The notes beneath the pieces were generated by a model, which had not been told where the DNA came from, did no database searches, and saw only the letters and a program-made list of their open reading frames with translations. Below are positions 11,412 to 22,267 of a stretch of 64,000 nucleotides of DNA, piece after piece; the first letter of the stretch is position 1, and each line of letters starts with the position of its first letter. Source of the DNA: Leucoraja ocellata (Eukaryota). The stretch is taken from NCBI GenBank assembly GCA_036785375.1, contig JAWMAR010001797.1, positions 62,001 through 126,000 on the forward strand. Direction: 5' to 3'. The translations under genes were made by a program, and so were the position numbers.

Positions 11412-13797
11412 ATGGCGTGCCTTCCGAGGTTTGCCTTCACTGCGTTTGCTTGCATATTTGTGATATGTCGATCGGGTCTAATCTCCGGGCAAATTCGTTA
11501 TTCTATTCCCGAGGAAATGAAGCAAGGGGCATTTGTTGGGAATATCGCTGTGGATTTGGGCCTGAACGTACGGCAATTGTCAGCTCGCAAATTCCGATTG
11601 GGCTCTGATGACGGAGGGCGGTACATGAAGGTCAGTTTGGACAATGGAATCATGTCTATTCGTGAAAGAATCGACCGGGAACGTATTTGTGGACAGACTG
11701 ATAAATGTACTATACCTTTCGAAAACCATACTGGCAAACCCTTTGGAGATGTATCACGGGGAATTGGAGATTCTTGATGTAAATGACAATTCCCCCACTT
11801 TCCCACAGAGCAGCATTGTCTTGCAGATATCGGAAGCCAGTGCACCCGGTGTACGTTTCCGACTCGAGGGCGCGGATGATCCCGACTTTGGTACAAATAC
11901 CGTGGCCGCTTACACAATCAGTTCCAGTGAGCACTTTAGTCTAAAAACACAGAGAGCCGAAGACGGTATTATAATAGCCGAGTTGCTGTTAGAGAAGTTG
12001 TTGGACCGAGAGCAGCAATCATCCCTTCAACTCTTGCTTACTGCGATTGACGGCGGAACCCCTCAGAGATCAGCCACAGCTCAGATTCTCATTAAAGTAT
12101 TGGACATCAACGATAATCCACCTGTGTTCGATCATGATAGTTATAGAGGCAGCGTAAGTGAGAACGCTCCGCGGGGTACGTTGGTGCTGAAAATCCAAGC
12201 AAATGATTTGGACGAAGGCCTGAATGCAGAGTTAACATATCGTTTCCATGATGCTACTTTGCGAAGAGTGCAAAATGTATTCAGTTTGGGTCCACGCACC
12301 GGGGAGATTCTAGTTAATGGGCCTCTAGATTTTGAAGAAGTAAACAGCTATTCTCTCGATATTCAAGCCCAGGATCACGGTTCACCTGCAATGACGGGGC
12401 ACTGCAAAGTTGTGATCAAAGTGATTGACGCGAATGACAATGCACCTGAGATAAGGGTAACATCAGCTTCCAACAAAATCCAGGAGGATACTCCACCAGG
12501 AAGTTTCATATCCCTGATTTATGTGATCGATCGCGATTCCGAAACGAACGGTCAAGTGCGTTGCGAGATACAAAAGAACGTCCCATTTCGACTGCAAAAG
12601 ACATCGAACCACTATAAATTAGTCACCAGTGAAACGTTGGACCGTGAAGCAATCTCTGAGTATAACATTCTTGTTTCAGCCTGGGACTTGGGTTCACCGT
12701 CACTATCAACAAATAAAACCATCGAGATTTCAATTTCGGACATTAATGATAACGCACCACAGTTCGGTGAGACATCCTACAACGTATATGTAATGGAGAA
12801 TAACGCGGCGGGTGCGTCCGTTTCCACAGTAACTGCAATGGATCCTGATCTGGATCTAAATTCCCATGTTTCCTACTCCTTTCTCGACAATCATATCCAA
12901 AACTTGCCAGTGTCCACTTACCTCACTATTAACACAATGAACGGTACTATTTACGCGCTGCGTTCCTTTGACTATGAGGAACTCAAGAACTTCCAGATCC
13001 ATGTTCAAGCCCGTGACGCCGGGGTGCCTCCGTTGAGCAGCAGCGCCACGATGAATGTGATCATCCTGGATCAAAATGACAACCCGCCGGTAATTGTTTC
13101 ACCTTCAGAACAAATTGGCTCAGCAACAGTGGAGGTCGTGCCCCAGACAGCGGGTCAAGGGTACTTGGTCACCAAGATAATCGCAACCGATGCCGATTCT
13201 GGTCAGAACGCACGGCTCTTTTATCAGATGATGAAATCTACCGCACCCGGGTTATATAACATTGGACAACATTCCGGAGAAGTCAGAACAGCGCGCAATA
13301 TTTTGCAGTCAGATAATGCTTTACAAACTCTAGCCATCTTGGTTAAGGACAATGGGCAGCCAAGCCTGTCCAGCACAGTTCTAATCAACATTAGATTGTT
13401 GTGGAACAGCACTGAAGGAATCAGCGAAAGCAGTACCTTGGTGAAGAATCCAGAATATTTCTCTGATCCAAACGTTTATTTAATCGTCATATTCAGTTGC
13501 ACTTCCGTGATCTTTCTTTTGATCATCATTCTATTGATTGGTATCAAGTGTAAACAGGACAGACATAGTATCCAAGAGTATAACTCGCCTAGTTATTCTT
13601 ACAATGATGGGGGTTCTCATGGTACGTTTAGTGGAAGACCTGCCCTGGAGGAAACTTTACGCTATCCTGGGACGGGCCGGGTACTCCGCGTGCAAGAACC
13701 GAATCAATACTCGGTTTGTCTTTCTCCAGAGTCAGCGAAAACCGATTTTCTCTTCTTGAAGCCATGCGGCGCACCCACCTCCCAAGCCGAATGCTAA
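11412..13797 (+). pseudogene. Clustered-type protocadherin, unit 2, with one +1 frameshift in EC1 (pseudogene or sequencing error)
   Basis: ORFs 11241-11777 and 11644-13797 join into a 794-aa protocadherin if one A is removed from the run at 11722-11725 (GAAAACC vs paralog GAAACA). No other lesions seen. Confidence 0.85.
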
Positions 13798-13948
13798 ATT
13801 ACGCTGATACGTAGATTAAGGAATGCCTATTCTTATGCGGCCATTTTCTTTCTGCCCAGTAATGTGAATCAATACGAGTGAAATTTGAAGAAAACATTCC
13901 CTTCTTGCGTTTTTTCTCTTTTGCTTAAATTGGAGTGCAATTGTCAAA

Positions 13949-13954
13949 AATAAA
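13949..13954 (+). terminator. Putative polyadenylation signal AATAAA, unit 2
   Basis: AATAAA at the homologous position about 150-195 nt after the stop in six units. Confidence 0.5.
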
Positions 13955-14865
13955 AATTCCTGAATCGGGAATGAAACCATTTTGAAATTGCATATTTTAT
14001 TTCTGAAGGCAGTCATTCTGTCACTGGATAATGTGCATAAACGTGTTGCCATTTAGTTTATTACTCAAAGTGTCTGGATATCTGGATCCACTACGTACTA
14101 ATAAGGGGATGTTGCGGTGAAAATTTTTCTGATTGCGTACCCACGCGTTCTATAAGAATTGTTGTTAGTTAGTGGTACAAAAAATACATATAACAATAAT
14201 CAACAGTTGAAGGAAATAATTAAGCTCCTATATCTGAAAGAGAATTGATGGCAGATGCTGAGATTGTGAGCACTACTGACTAGAAGAACTCAATGATCTG
14301 AGTGGTGGGGGGGGGGGGACGGGGGGGGGGGGGGGGGGGGGGACAAGAGCGGAGAGGCACATGGCGGTTGGTGTCGAGCCATTCGTGACTTCAGGAGAAG
14401 AACATTGTTGGTAGAAATAGACGAGGGGATGCTTATAGCAAACAGTATCAAGTGGTGGTTGGATTCAGTTCAGGAGGGGATTTTTTTATGCAGTTCATTT
14501 TGGTGAGGATAGCCTGGGTTGAGGAAAAATGCCTGAATCACCATTCTTGGATGTATCGAAAAGCCCCTGAGTCATCTTGATGTGGAGAGGAAAGACAAAG
14601 CGACGTTATCCATGGTTAAAATCAGCATTTGCAATTAATGTACAAGTTGATAAAGTGGTGGGGGGTGTGTGTTGTGAGACTAGAAACACTGATCATGTTG
14701 GGCTGCACAAGTTGGGAAAAGTGAGAAACGGGCAGTTTGGCACACTGATGAAAAATTGAAACCACTTTAGTTTGGAAGTAGAGGAACAGGTGGGGACCAC
14801 GTATGAATGGAATAATGTATTACGTGAAAGGGAGGAGAAAACGAGCGAAAGGCAATTAGCAGCTT

Positions 14866-15203
14866 GGTTCACAAGTTATATGGGTAGAATTAGGCCAGTC
14901 GGCCCATCGAGTCTCCTCCGACATGCAATCGTTGCTGATCTCTGCTTCCTAATCCAATTTTCCTGCCTTCTCCCCATAACCCTTGACACCCGTTCTAATC
15001 AACAATTTATCTATCTCTGTCTTAAAAATATCCACTGACAGCCCTCTGTGGCAATGAGTTGCGCAGATTAACTGCCGTCTGACTCAAGAAGTTCCTCTTC
15101 GCCTCCTTTCTAAAAGAGCGACCTTTAATTCGGAGGCTATGCCCACTGGTACAAAACTCTACCTCCAGTGGAAACATCCTTTCCATATCAACTCTATCTA
15201 TGC
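14866..15203 (-). mobile_element. CR1-type LINE 3' fragment
   Basis: Homologous to the element at 9558 (TAGAATTAGGCC..GGCCCATCGAGTC...GTGGAAACATCCT). Confidence 0.7.
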
Positions 15204-15472
15204 TGTGTTAACACATAATGTACTAGACTAAGTGTCGTGTATGCTGCAAACCAACAAAAACCAAGGCATTGTTTTGCATGACACCAAAGGACACCCCCGG
15301 GTGCATGAGGAAACCAGGTTAATGGCATTGCATGACCCCAAAGGACATTCTCTCAATCACGAGCAATCACCAATAATTGCAGATGTGTTAAATTTATACA
15401 TCACATTCCGGCTCCGAATGTGAAGGAGATCATCTACAATAGAGAGAATAACACGGTTAAGAAAATGACTGC

Positions 15473-16856
15473 AAAAAGCCAGTTCGGTATTTCGAAAAAC
15501 ACAAGGAATCATGGGATTTGTCAAAGGTCATCCGATATTTTTTTAATAAAACGCGCGGTAGTGGGGAGTGCGGGGTGCAACAGCGAGAGAGAAGAGGCAA
15601 ATGCGAGTGGGAGACAGGGAGAGACTGTGAGAGGTGGGGGAGAAAGGTTTCAGTTAGACAGACAACCATTGGTAAAGAAATGGCTCACTGCTTCTAGGAG
15701 AGTCGATAAAATGTCCTCAATCGAGAGAATGCAACTTCAGAACCACCTCGTCTCGACTGCGCTGGAGATTTCCGCGGTCGCAAGGAACACCTGACCTAAA
15801 GTTTGCGTTGAGTGAACTGAGTGTTCTTACCGTCCTTGTCGTACACCGGCATTTTGTGAGAGTGGTTGGATCCCGGAATCGAGGAGTCAGCGCCCGACAG
15901 GTGACGGGCCCGCGGTAGCTGGTGCCTCTCCGCTCGACGCTGGTAGAACTGACACCTCCACTCTCCGGGTCGGGCGCTGCCTCCTCGACCCAGCTGATTG
16001 GCGGCGGCCGACTAGGATTCCAGAGCATCGCCGATGCCTCATATCAGCTCCAGTTTCCCCGCTGCCTGTCCAGGTAATGTAACCTACGTTTGTGGAGCTG
16101 AAGCTGGGATCGAACCACTCACAAAATACCGGTGTACGACGAGAACGTTAAGAACACTGAGTTCACTCAACGCAAACGTTAAGTCATTTGTTGCTTGCGC
16201 CCGTGGACATCCCAGCTCCCATCCATCCCAACCACGGCGCAAAGGTCTAATGCGTAGTGAGTCTAAAGGAGGGTCTTCTATCCAAAGGTCCGCGGACGGG
16301 AGTGTCGGCCCAGGCCCGCAGCCAGCGGAGGGGAGGCGCCGGCCCCAGCTCGATTCTGCCTGTCCCGCCGCCCCGGACGTCCCTGGTTGCACCCCGGACC
16401 GGACACTCGGGAGGGGACGGGGACGGGCGCAGCGACGGCTGGATGGTGCCAGTTCGCCCACGGCCTGGCCGAGCTGCGCTCTGCCCCTATGGTACTTCAT
16501 CCAGCCGGCGGCTGCCCACCTTCAGCAGGATCTAGGTGTCAGACTGAGCGGAGGGGGGTGGAGGTGGATGGCTGCCGGCCACCCGGCATAGCCGAGCTTA
16601 AGCCAGCGGCTGCAAGTCAGGGGCCGCCCCGCCAGCCCAAAGCTACCCCGGACACCTCCGGACAGGGAGGGGACACTGGGTATGTGATGAGGACGGCCCT
16701 GCAGCAAAAAGAGCACCCCCACCTCGACCCCCACCCCGACCCCGACCAAGGACGAAACGTAAGCCTGCACACAATGCAGCACCACCGTTGCTGAGACTTT
16801 ATAACTAGTGACCTATGACCTGGGCATGCGCAGACGGAATACCGAACTCGCTTATT
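15473..16856. mobile_element. GC-rich putative DNA transposon remnant with imperfect TIRs and an internal inverted repeat
   Basis: AAAAGCCAGTTCGGTATT near 15473 is inverted relative to AATACCGAACTCGCTTATT at 16838-16856. Internal IR at 15792-15874/16106-16186. Absent from paralogous spacers. Confidence 0.45.
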
Positions 16857-19673
16857 ACATAGATTACATTACATTCCGTTAGTGTAACACGGTGTTTTTA
16901 ATTAAATATCGTACATTGTAATCTTTAAAGATAATGTTAACTATTCATTTATGTGTTTCAAAATTGATCATGTCCCCTAATATCGGACCGTGAGGATCAA
17001 ATTGTGTGTTTTTTTTGTTCTGGGTAAGGTACTGCTAACACGCCCAGCAATCAGGAAGGGATCGGTTCTCAGCATCTTGGCTCTCCTGGATGGAACAAGG
17101 ACAGCATTTCCTTATTGAATCCTCCATTCACTAACTTTCGCATTTAATTCAATTTACCTCAATTTAAACATAATTCCGTCACTGAGTACATACCCCCTTC
17201 CCTGTCTGTTCAGCAGTTCAAATGTAACACTTTTTCATCGAGCTATATGGTAGTCAACTGATCAGAAAACGTGTAACGTTCGTTTATTTTACCAGTTCCC
17301 TTCCACCATACAAGACCCGAAATTCTTCTCGGTGAAATAGTGATCTGCTTGCCTTTCTGCCAATATAATGTATTTGGTCTTCCCAATGCGGTAACACTGT
17401 ATTTGAGACACTGCAAGAAGATTGTGCCATTGCATTGTAGAGCACGTGCGGACAGTCTGCAGGAAATAAACTGATTTTTTCCCCATTTGTTTAACACTTT
17501 CGTTCTCAATTTCACACTATCTATTATTTTTCCTCTGAATTCCAACACTGTTGGAACAAGTGCAAAGCAAAGGTGCACGCTTGAGAAACAGCATTCATCT
17601 TCCACATGGACAAGTTGCAACCTTCCTGAGCTCGCCACTCTTGGCTGTTATCATTTCGGTTTAGTTTTGCATCATGTTTGCCGAGGTGTAGATCATACAA
17701 ACAAACCATTCGTTACATCGCATCTACGATGACCATCATGTTTATCTGTACTAATTCCACCCGAGCATTTACTCCGTGTCCATCAATTCCCAACATAGTC
17801 ACATTCCCATTATGTACCTTTTACATATTTAACTGTTCCCGTCTCCGTCACATAAACTGACATCTCAATCCACCTGCCGTATTCCGTATTTCTGAAATTA
17901 ATAGCCAACCGGCCGACTTTAAAAGTACTCCCTCTGATCCTAAAACTTATGTTCTAGTTTTGGAGCTCCCTAACATTGGAAATGGCTGTGGGAATCTACC
18001 CTGTCTCTCTCGCTCGTGATTGTGTCATGGCACCGCTCAGCTATGTTCACTCCAGGGAATGCAGTTCTAGCCTACACAATCTCCCCTCATGACGTAAACC
18101 TGCCCATCCTGGCAACGTACTTTGGAGTGTGGCCTGCTACCTATCTGGCTTAACCCAACAACTTATATATTGTGCATGCCAGATGTGCACACAATAATTC
18201 AAATCCAGCCTAACCAATGTTTTATTCAAATATATTACACCTCGACTCTTACATTCAGTACCGCTGCTGAGGGAGACAACCGTGCCATATGCCTTCGGTG
18301 AGACCCTGTCCACACTTTTCAGTTTTATAGAACAAATTTATTTCAGACGGAATCCCCGTCTGTTCAATAACCTGAACATGTCCCATTCCCTTGCTATTAG
18401 CTATACACCACAGAAACAACGAAGCATAATTTGTCCTATCAGCCTCTTTCCTATTTTTTTCTCCTTTACTTCCCATCATTAAACTTACTGAAAAATGAAC
18501 TATTTTTTAAATAATTCATCGTTCAGATAAAGCAGCCAAGCCCCGAAATGTTGATTTTATTTCTTTTCACAGGTGATACCTGAATCGATGAGTGTTTCAG
18601 CATTTTCAGTTGTTATTGCACATGACACTGTTGCGCTTTTGACTGCTTATCAGTTAATTGCTAAATTGCGAAAACAGCATGCTTCCTGGTTGGTGGAAGG
18701 AATTATCCATCATCTCACCTGTAGTTTTTCGTGTTGTTTGCGTTTTTATTTTGCAGATTTTATTACAATTATTCGGTTGATTGAATTTCATTGCAATTTG
18801 ATTTTTTTGCGGGGAGCGCGTGGTTCAGTAATTGTAAAACTTTTGTGTGGTTATGGAATATAAAAATTGAAACCCAGCGCTAACTTGAGAATGATATGGA
18901 ATTGATATCCAATAACCCAAGTGTGGCATCATAAATCTCCACAACATTTTCAACCAATGGAGAACATTACCATTTAGTTTGATTAGAGATTCTATCCTCT
19001 ACGTCATGAAGAACATGTCCCATTCAAATTTTGCCGGGATCGTGCATGACGTTGAACATCCACTGCAAACTCGAGGAGCAGAAATTAAACTTCAATTGTC
19101 TAACCACATTACAAGTACTTTAGGCCACCTTGTTAACGTTCACTAAAAATACTTGTTTACACGCTAAGTGTGGTACCACGAGATTAATGTTAACTAGGGA
19201 GTATTTTCAATGAACAAAATATCTGCGGATTAATGGGTAATCCAGTAATTTCATTGCAAATTGCGGTAATAAAACAAATTAAGAAAAAAGAAAAAGCGAA
19301 ACTGAGAATCCTAAGTTAAATAAGAATTCAAAAATTCACAAATTTTCCGCGCCAAACTTCACACCGACACCTATTTTCTATGTTCCCAAAACATCTGTCG
19401 GAATCTGCTGGGTGATGTGCTCGCAAAGCTGCTGCAAGCAAGATTTACATTGCAGCGTTGACTCTGCTCCATATACATGTACGTGTCAATAAACTTGGCT
19501 TGACGTGGACGTGAGGATGCCTCTCTCCAAACCTCACTTCCATTAAACAGGAAGTCGGTTGAACAATTGGCCAATTGAAAGTATTATATTCACGAACACC
19601 TTCTCCAAACTTTGGAAAGCGATAATGAAATACTCTTATCAAATAAGGGAAAATTATGTAGTCGTGATATGAA

Positions 19674-20288
19674 GGGCAATTGATGCAGATTCTGGTCAGA
19701 ACGCACGTCTCCTTTATCAGATTATGAAATCTACCGACCCCGGTTTGTACAACTATGGACAACATTCTGGAGAAATCAGAACAGCGCGCAATATTTTGCA
19801 AACAGGTACTGCTTTACAAACTCTAGTCATCTTGCTTAAGGACAATGGAGAGCCAAGCCTGTCCAGCACATTTACAATGAACATTAGTTTTGGAAAACAG
19901 CACTGAAGGAATCAGCGAAAGAAGTACCTTGGTGATGAATTAAGAATATTTCTCTGATCCAAACGGTTATTTAATTGTCATTTTCCGTTGCACTTTCGTG
20001 GTCTGTCTTCTGATCATCATCCTATTGATTGGCTTCAAGTGTAAACAGGCCAGAAATATTATCCAAGAGTATTACGCCCCCAGTTACTGTTACAATCGTG
20101 GGGTTTCGCACGGCACGTTTAATGGAAGATCTGCGATGGAGGAAATGTTAGGCTTTTCTTGGACAGAGCGGGCAGTCCGCGGGCCAGATCTGAATCAATA
20201 CTCGGTAAGTCTGTCTCCAGTCAGCGAAAAACGAGTTTTCTCTTTACTGAAGCCATGTGGTGCTGCCACCTCTCAAGGTCAATGTTAA
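19674..20288 (+). pseudogene. 5'-deleted protocadherin relic, unit 3 (part of EC6, TM and tail only)
   Basis: Begins at the ATDADSGQN-coding sequence fused directly to upstream spacer DNA. 2-bp deletion near 19887, CCA>TAA at 19941. Ends ...KPCGAATSQGQC*. Confidence 0.9.
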
Positions 20289-20930
20289 ATTACGCTGATA
20301 CGTAAATTGAAGAAGGCCAATTTTGTATGCGGCCATTTTATTTCTGCCGGGGCATGCGAATCAGTGCGAGTGAAATATTTATAAAACTTACCCTTGTTGC
20401 ACGTTTTTCTCTATCGGTTAAATGGGAGCACGGTTGTAATTGAAAAAGTAAAATGTCCTGCAACTCGAATGAAAACATCTTGAAATTGCATGTTTTATTT
20501 CTGAAGGCAGTCAGTCCTTCTGTTTGTCACTGGATAATGCGCACAAACGCGTTGCCATTTAACCTATTACGTACGGTTTGGGTACCTGGATCCATTTACG
20601 TGGATGAAAGTACTAATGTACGAAAGTTGCGTTGAAGAGTTTAATGATTGGGTACCCATGTATTCTAGAAGGATTGTTGATAGATCGTGCCACAAAATAT
20701 ACATATAATAATAATCAATAGGCGAAGGAAATAATTAAGCCCATTTTTTTGCAACACAACTCATGCCTGATGCTGACATTGTGAGGACGACTGGCTGGAG
20801 AAACTCAGAGAGTCTGGCAGCACCTGTGGAGAGAAACAGACAGATGACGTTTGGTGTCGAGCACGTCATGATTGGTGGAGAGGTCCGTTCTGCATAGAGA
20901 AGGCTTAGAGCAAACAGTATCAAGTGGTAG

Positions 20931-21023
20931 GTTACACAGAAAAGCTGGAGAAACTCAGCGGGTGCAGCAGCATCTATGGAGCGAAGGAAATAGGCAACGT
21001 TTCGGGCCGAAACCCTTCTTCAG
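20931..21023 (-). mobile_element. Short (~90 bp) Penelope-derived insert with hammerhead-like core, flanked by a TSD
   Basis: Minus strand reads CTGAAGAAGGGTTTCGGCCCGAAACGTTG. Direct repeat CAGTATCAAGTGGTAG at 20915-20930 and 21021-21036. Confidence 0.75.
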
Positions 21024-21625
21024 TATCAAGTGGTAGTTGCACCCAGGTGAGGAGGGGATTTTTCGCAGTTGTTTCTTGTGGAGGATAGCACAGGTTGCGG
21101 AGAACTGGCTGAGTCTCCATTTGTAGATGAACGAGAATACCCTGATGTCATCCTGATGCGAAATGAAAATGCAAAGCGACGTCGTCTATTGTAAAAATGA
21201 GGATTGGCAAAAAAATGAGAACAAATCTGCAAATTAATGGGCAATTCAGTAATTTAGTTGCAAATTGCAATAACACAACCAATCACGAAAAAAAGAAAAA
21301 AGAAAAATAGAATCTCATGTTAAATAAGAATTCAAAAAATCACAACATTTCCATGGATGTTTCCAACAACAAGCAAGTTATGTGCTTGTTAAGCTGCTGC
21401 ATGCACGATTTACATTGCAGCCGTGCCTCTGCGTCCTATGCATGCACAAGTCAATAAACTCGGCTTGTATTGGACGTGACGATGCATTTCTCCAGCAATA
21501 ACTTTAAAGAGGATGTTGGTTCAACAATTGGTCAATGGAAAGTATTATGTTCACGAACACCTTCTCCAAAATTTGGAAAGTGATAATGAAATAATTTTAT
21601 CAAAGTAGGGAAATTATGTAGTCGT

Positions 21626-21688
21626 TATATGAATAGAGATGCTGCCCGTCCCGGTGAGTTATACTCTAGCTTTTTGTGCTATCTTCTT
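21626..21688 (+). mobile_element. Very short Penelope pseudo-LTR fragment upstream of the unit 4 promoter
   Basis: AGAGATGCTGCCCGTCCCGGTGAGTT...CTTTTTGTG, absent from paralogous positions. Confidence 0.55.
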
Positions 21689-21960
21689 ATATTTTCTTAC
21701 TACCCTAAGGTGTGATTGTAAGGGGTCAAACATGTGTAAGCAAATACTGTATATCCGATATGATATGTTGCATCATAAAAATAACGATGCCATTTATTTA
21801 TTCGTTGTGGACTTTTGACTGAACCGACAAAACATGTTTACGTTCTGAGGATAACCCTCTTCCGACGTGCCTGATGTGAATTTCGACATTAAATGAAAAA
21901 AGATTCTTCAAGCTTCTTTTCAAAGAGGGCGTTTTATGGTTGTATCCCATCAAATGTGTA

Positions 21961-22128
21961 GGAGAGCAGTACAGCTTTAAGAATTGTAGCTGCAGTTGTG
22001 CAAAAGAACTGGTCGTGTCGCTGTCTACCAATGAAAAGCTCAAATACATAGATGGATCCATTGTCCCGCCCACATCCCAGAATAAAGACGTCAGACGCGA
22101 CGAGAAAGGCGAGGAGTGCCTGCGTTTC
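21961..22128 (+). promoter_or_regulatory. CSE-like promoter module, unit 4 (CGCT 22019-22022)
   Basis: Same conserved module. Confidence 0.8.
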
Positions 22129-22267
22129 GATTGCCGAAAAAGGCTGAGGAGGATAGATATCCCATCTGTTTCGATTCGGTATTGGGAATATATATGAATT
22201 ATTTTATTGTGTTTGGACTATTTACACGGAGAAATACCTAGAGTTGGACTTTGACTGATCACGGAAC

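Noticed and set aside
14306-14342. Long G/C homopolymer tracts (also 6942, 8061, 25787, 31040, 47771, 60263, 61081) as G-quadruplex regulators
   Set aside because: Not positionally conserved among paralogs, and their lengths are unreliable in assemblies.
16034-16794. Overlapping 90-185 aa ORFs in the GC-rich insert
   Set aside because: Low-complexity G/P/R/A-rich translations expected from high GC; no recognisable domain.
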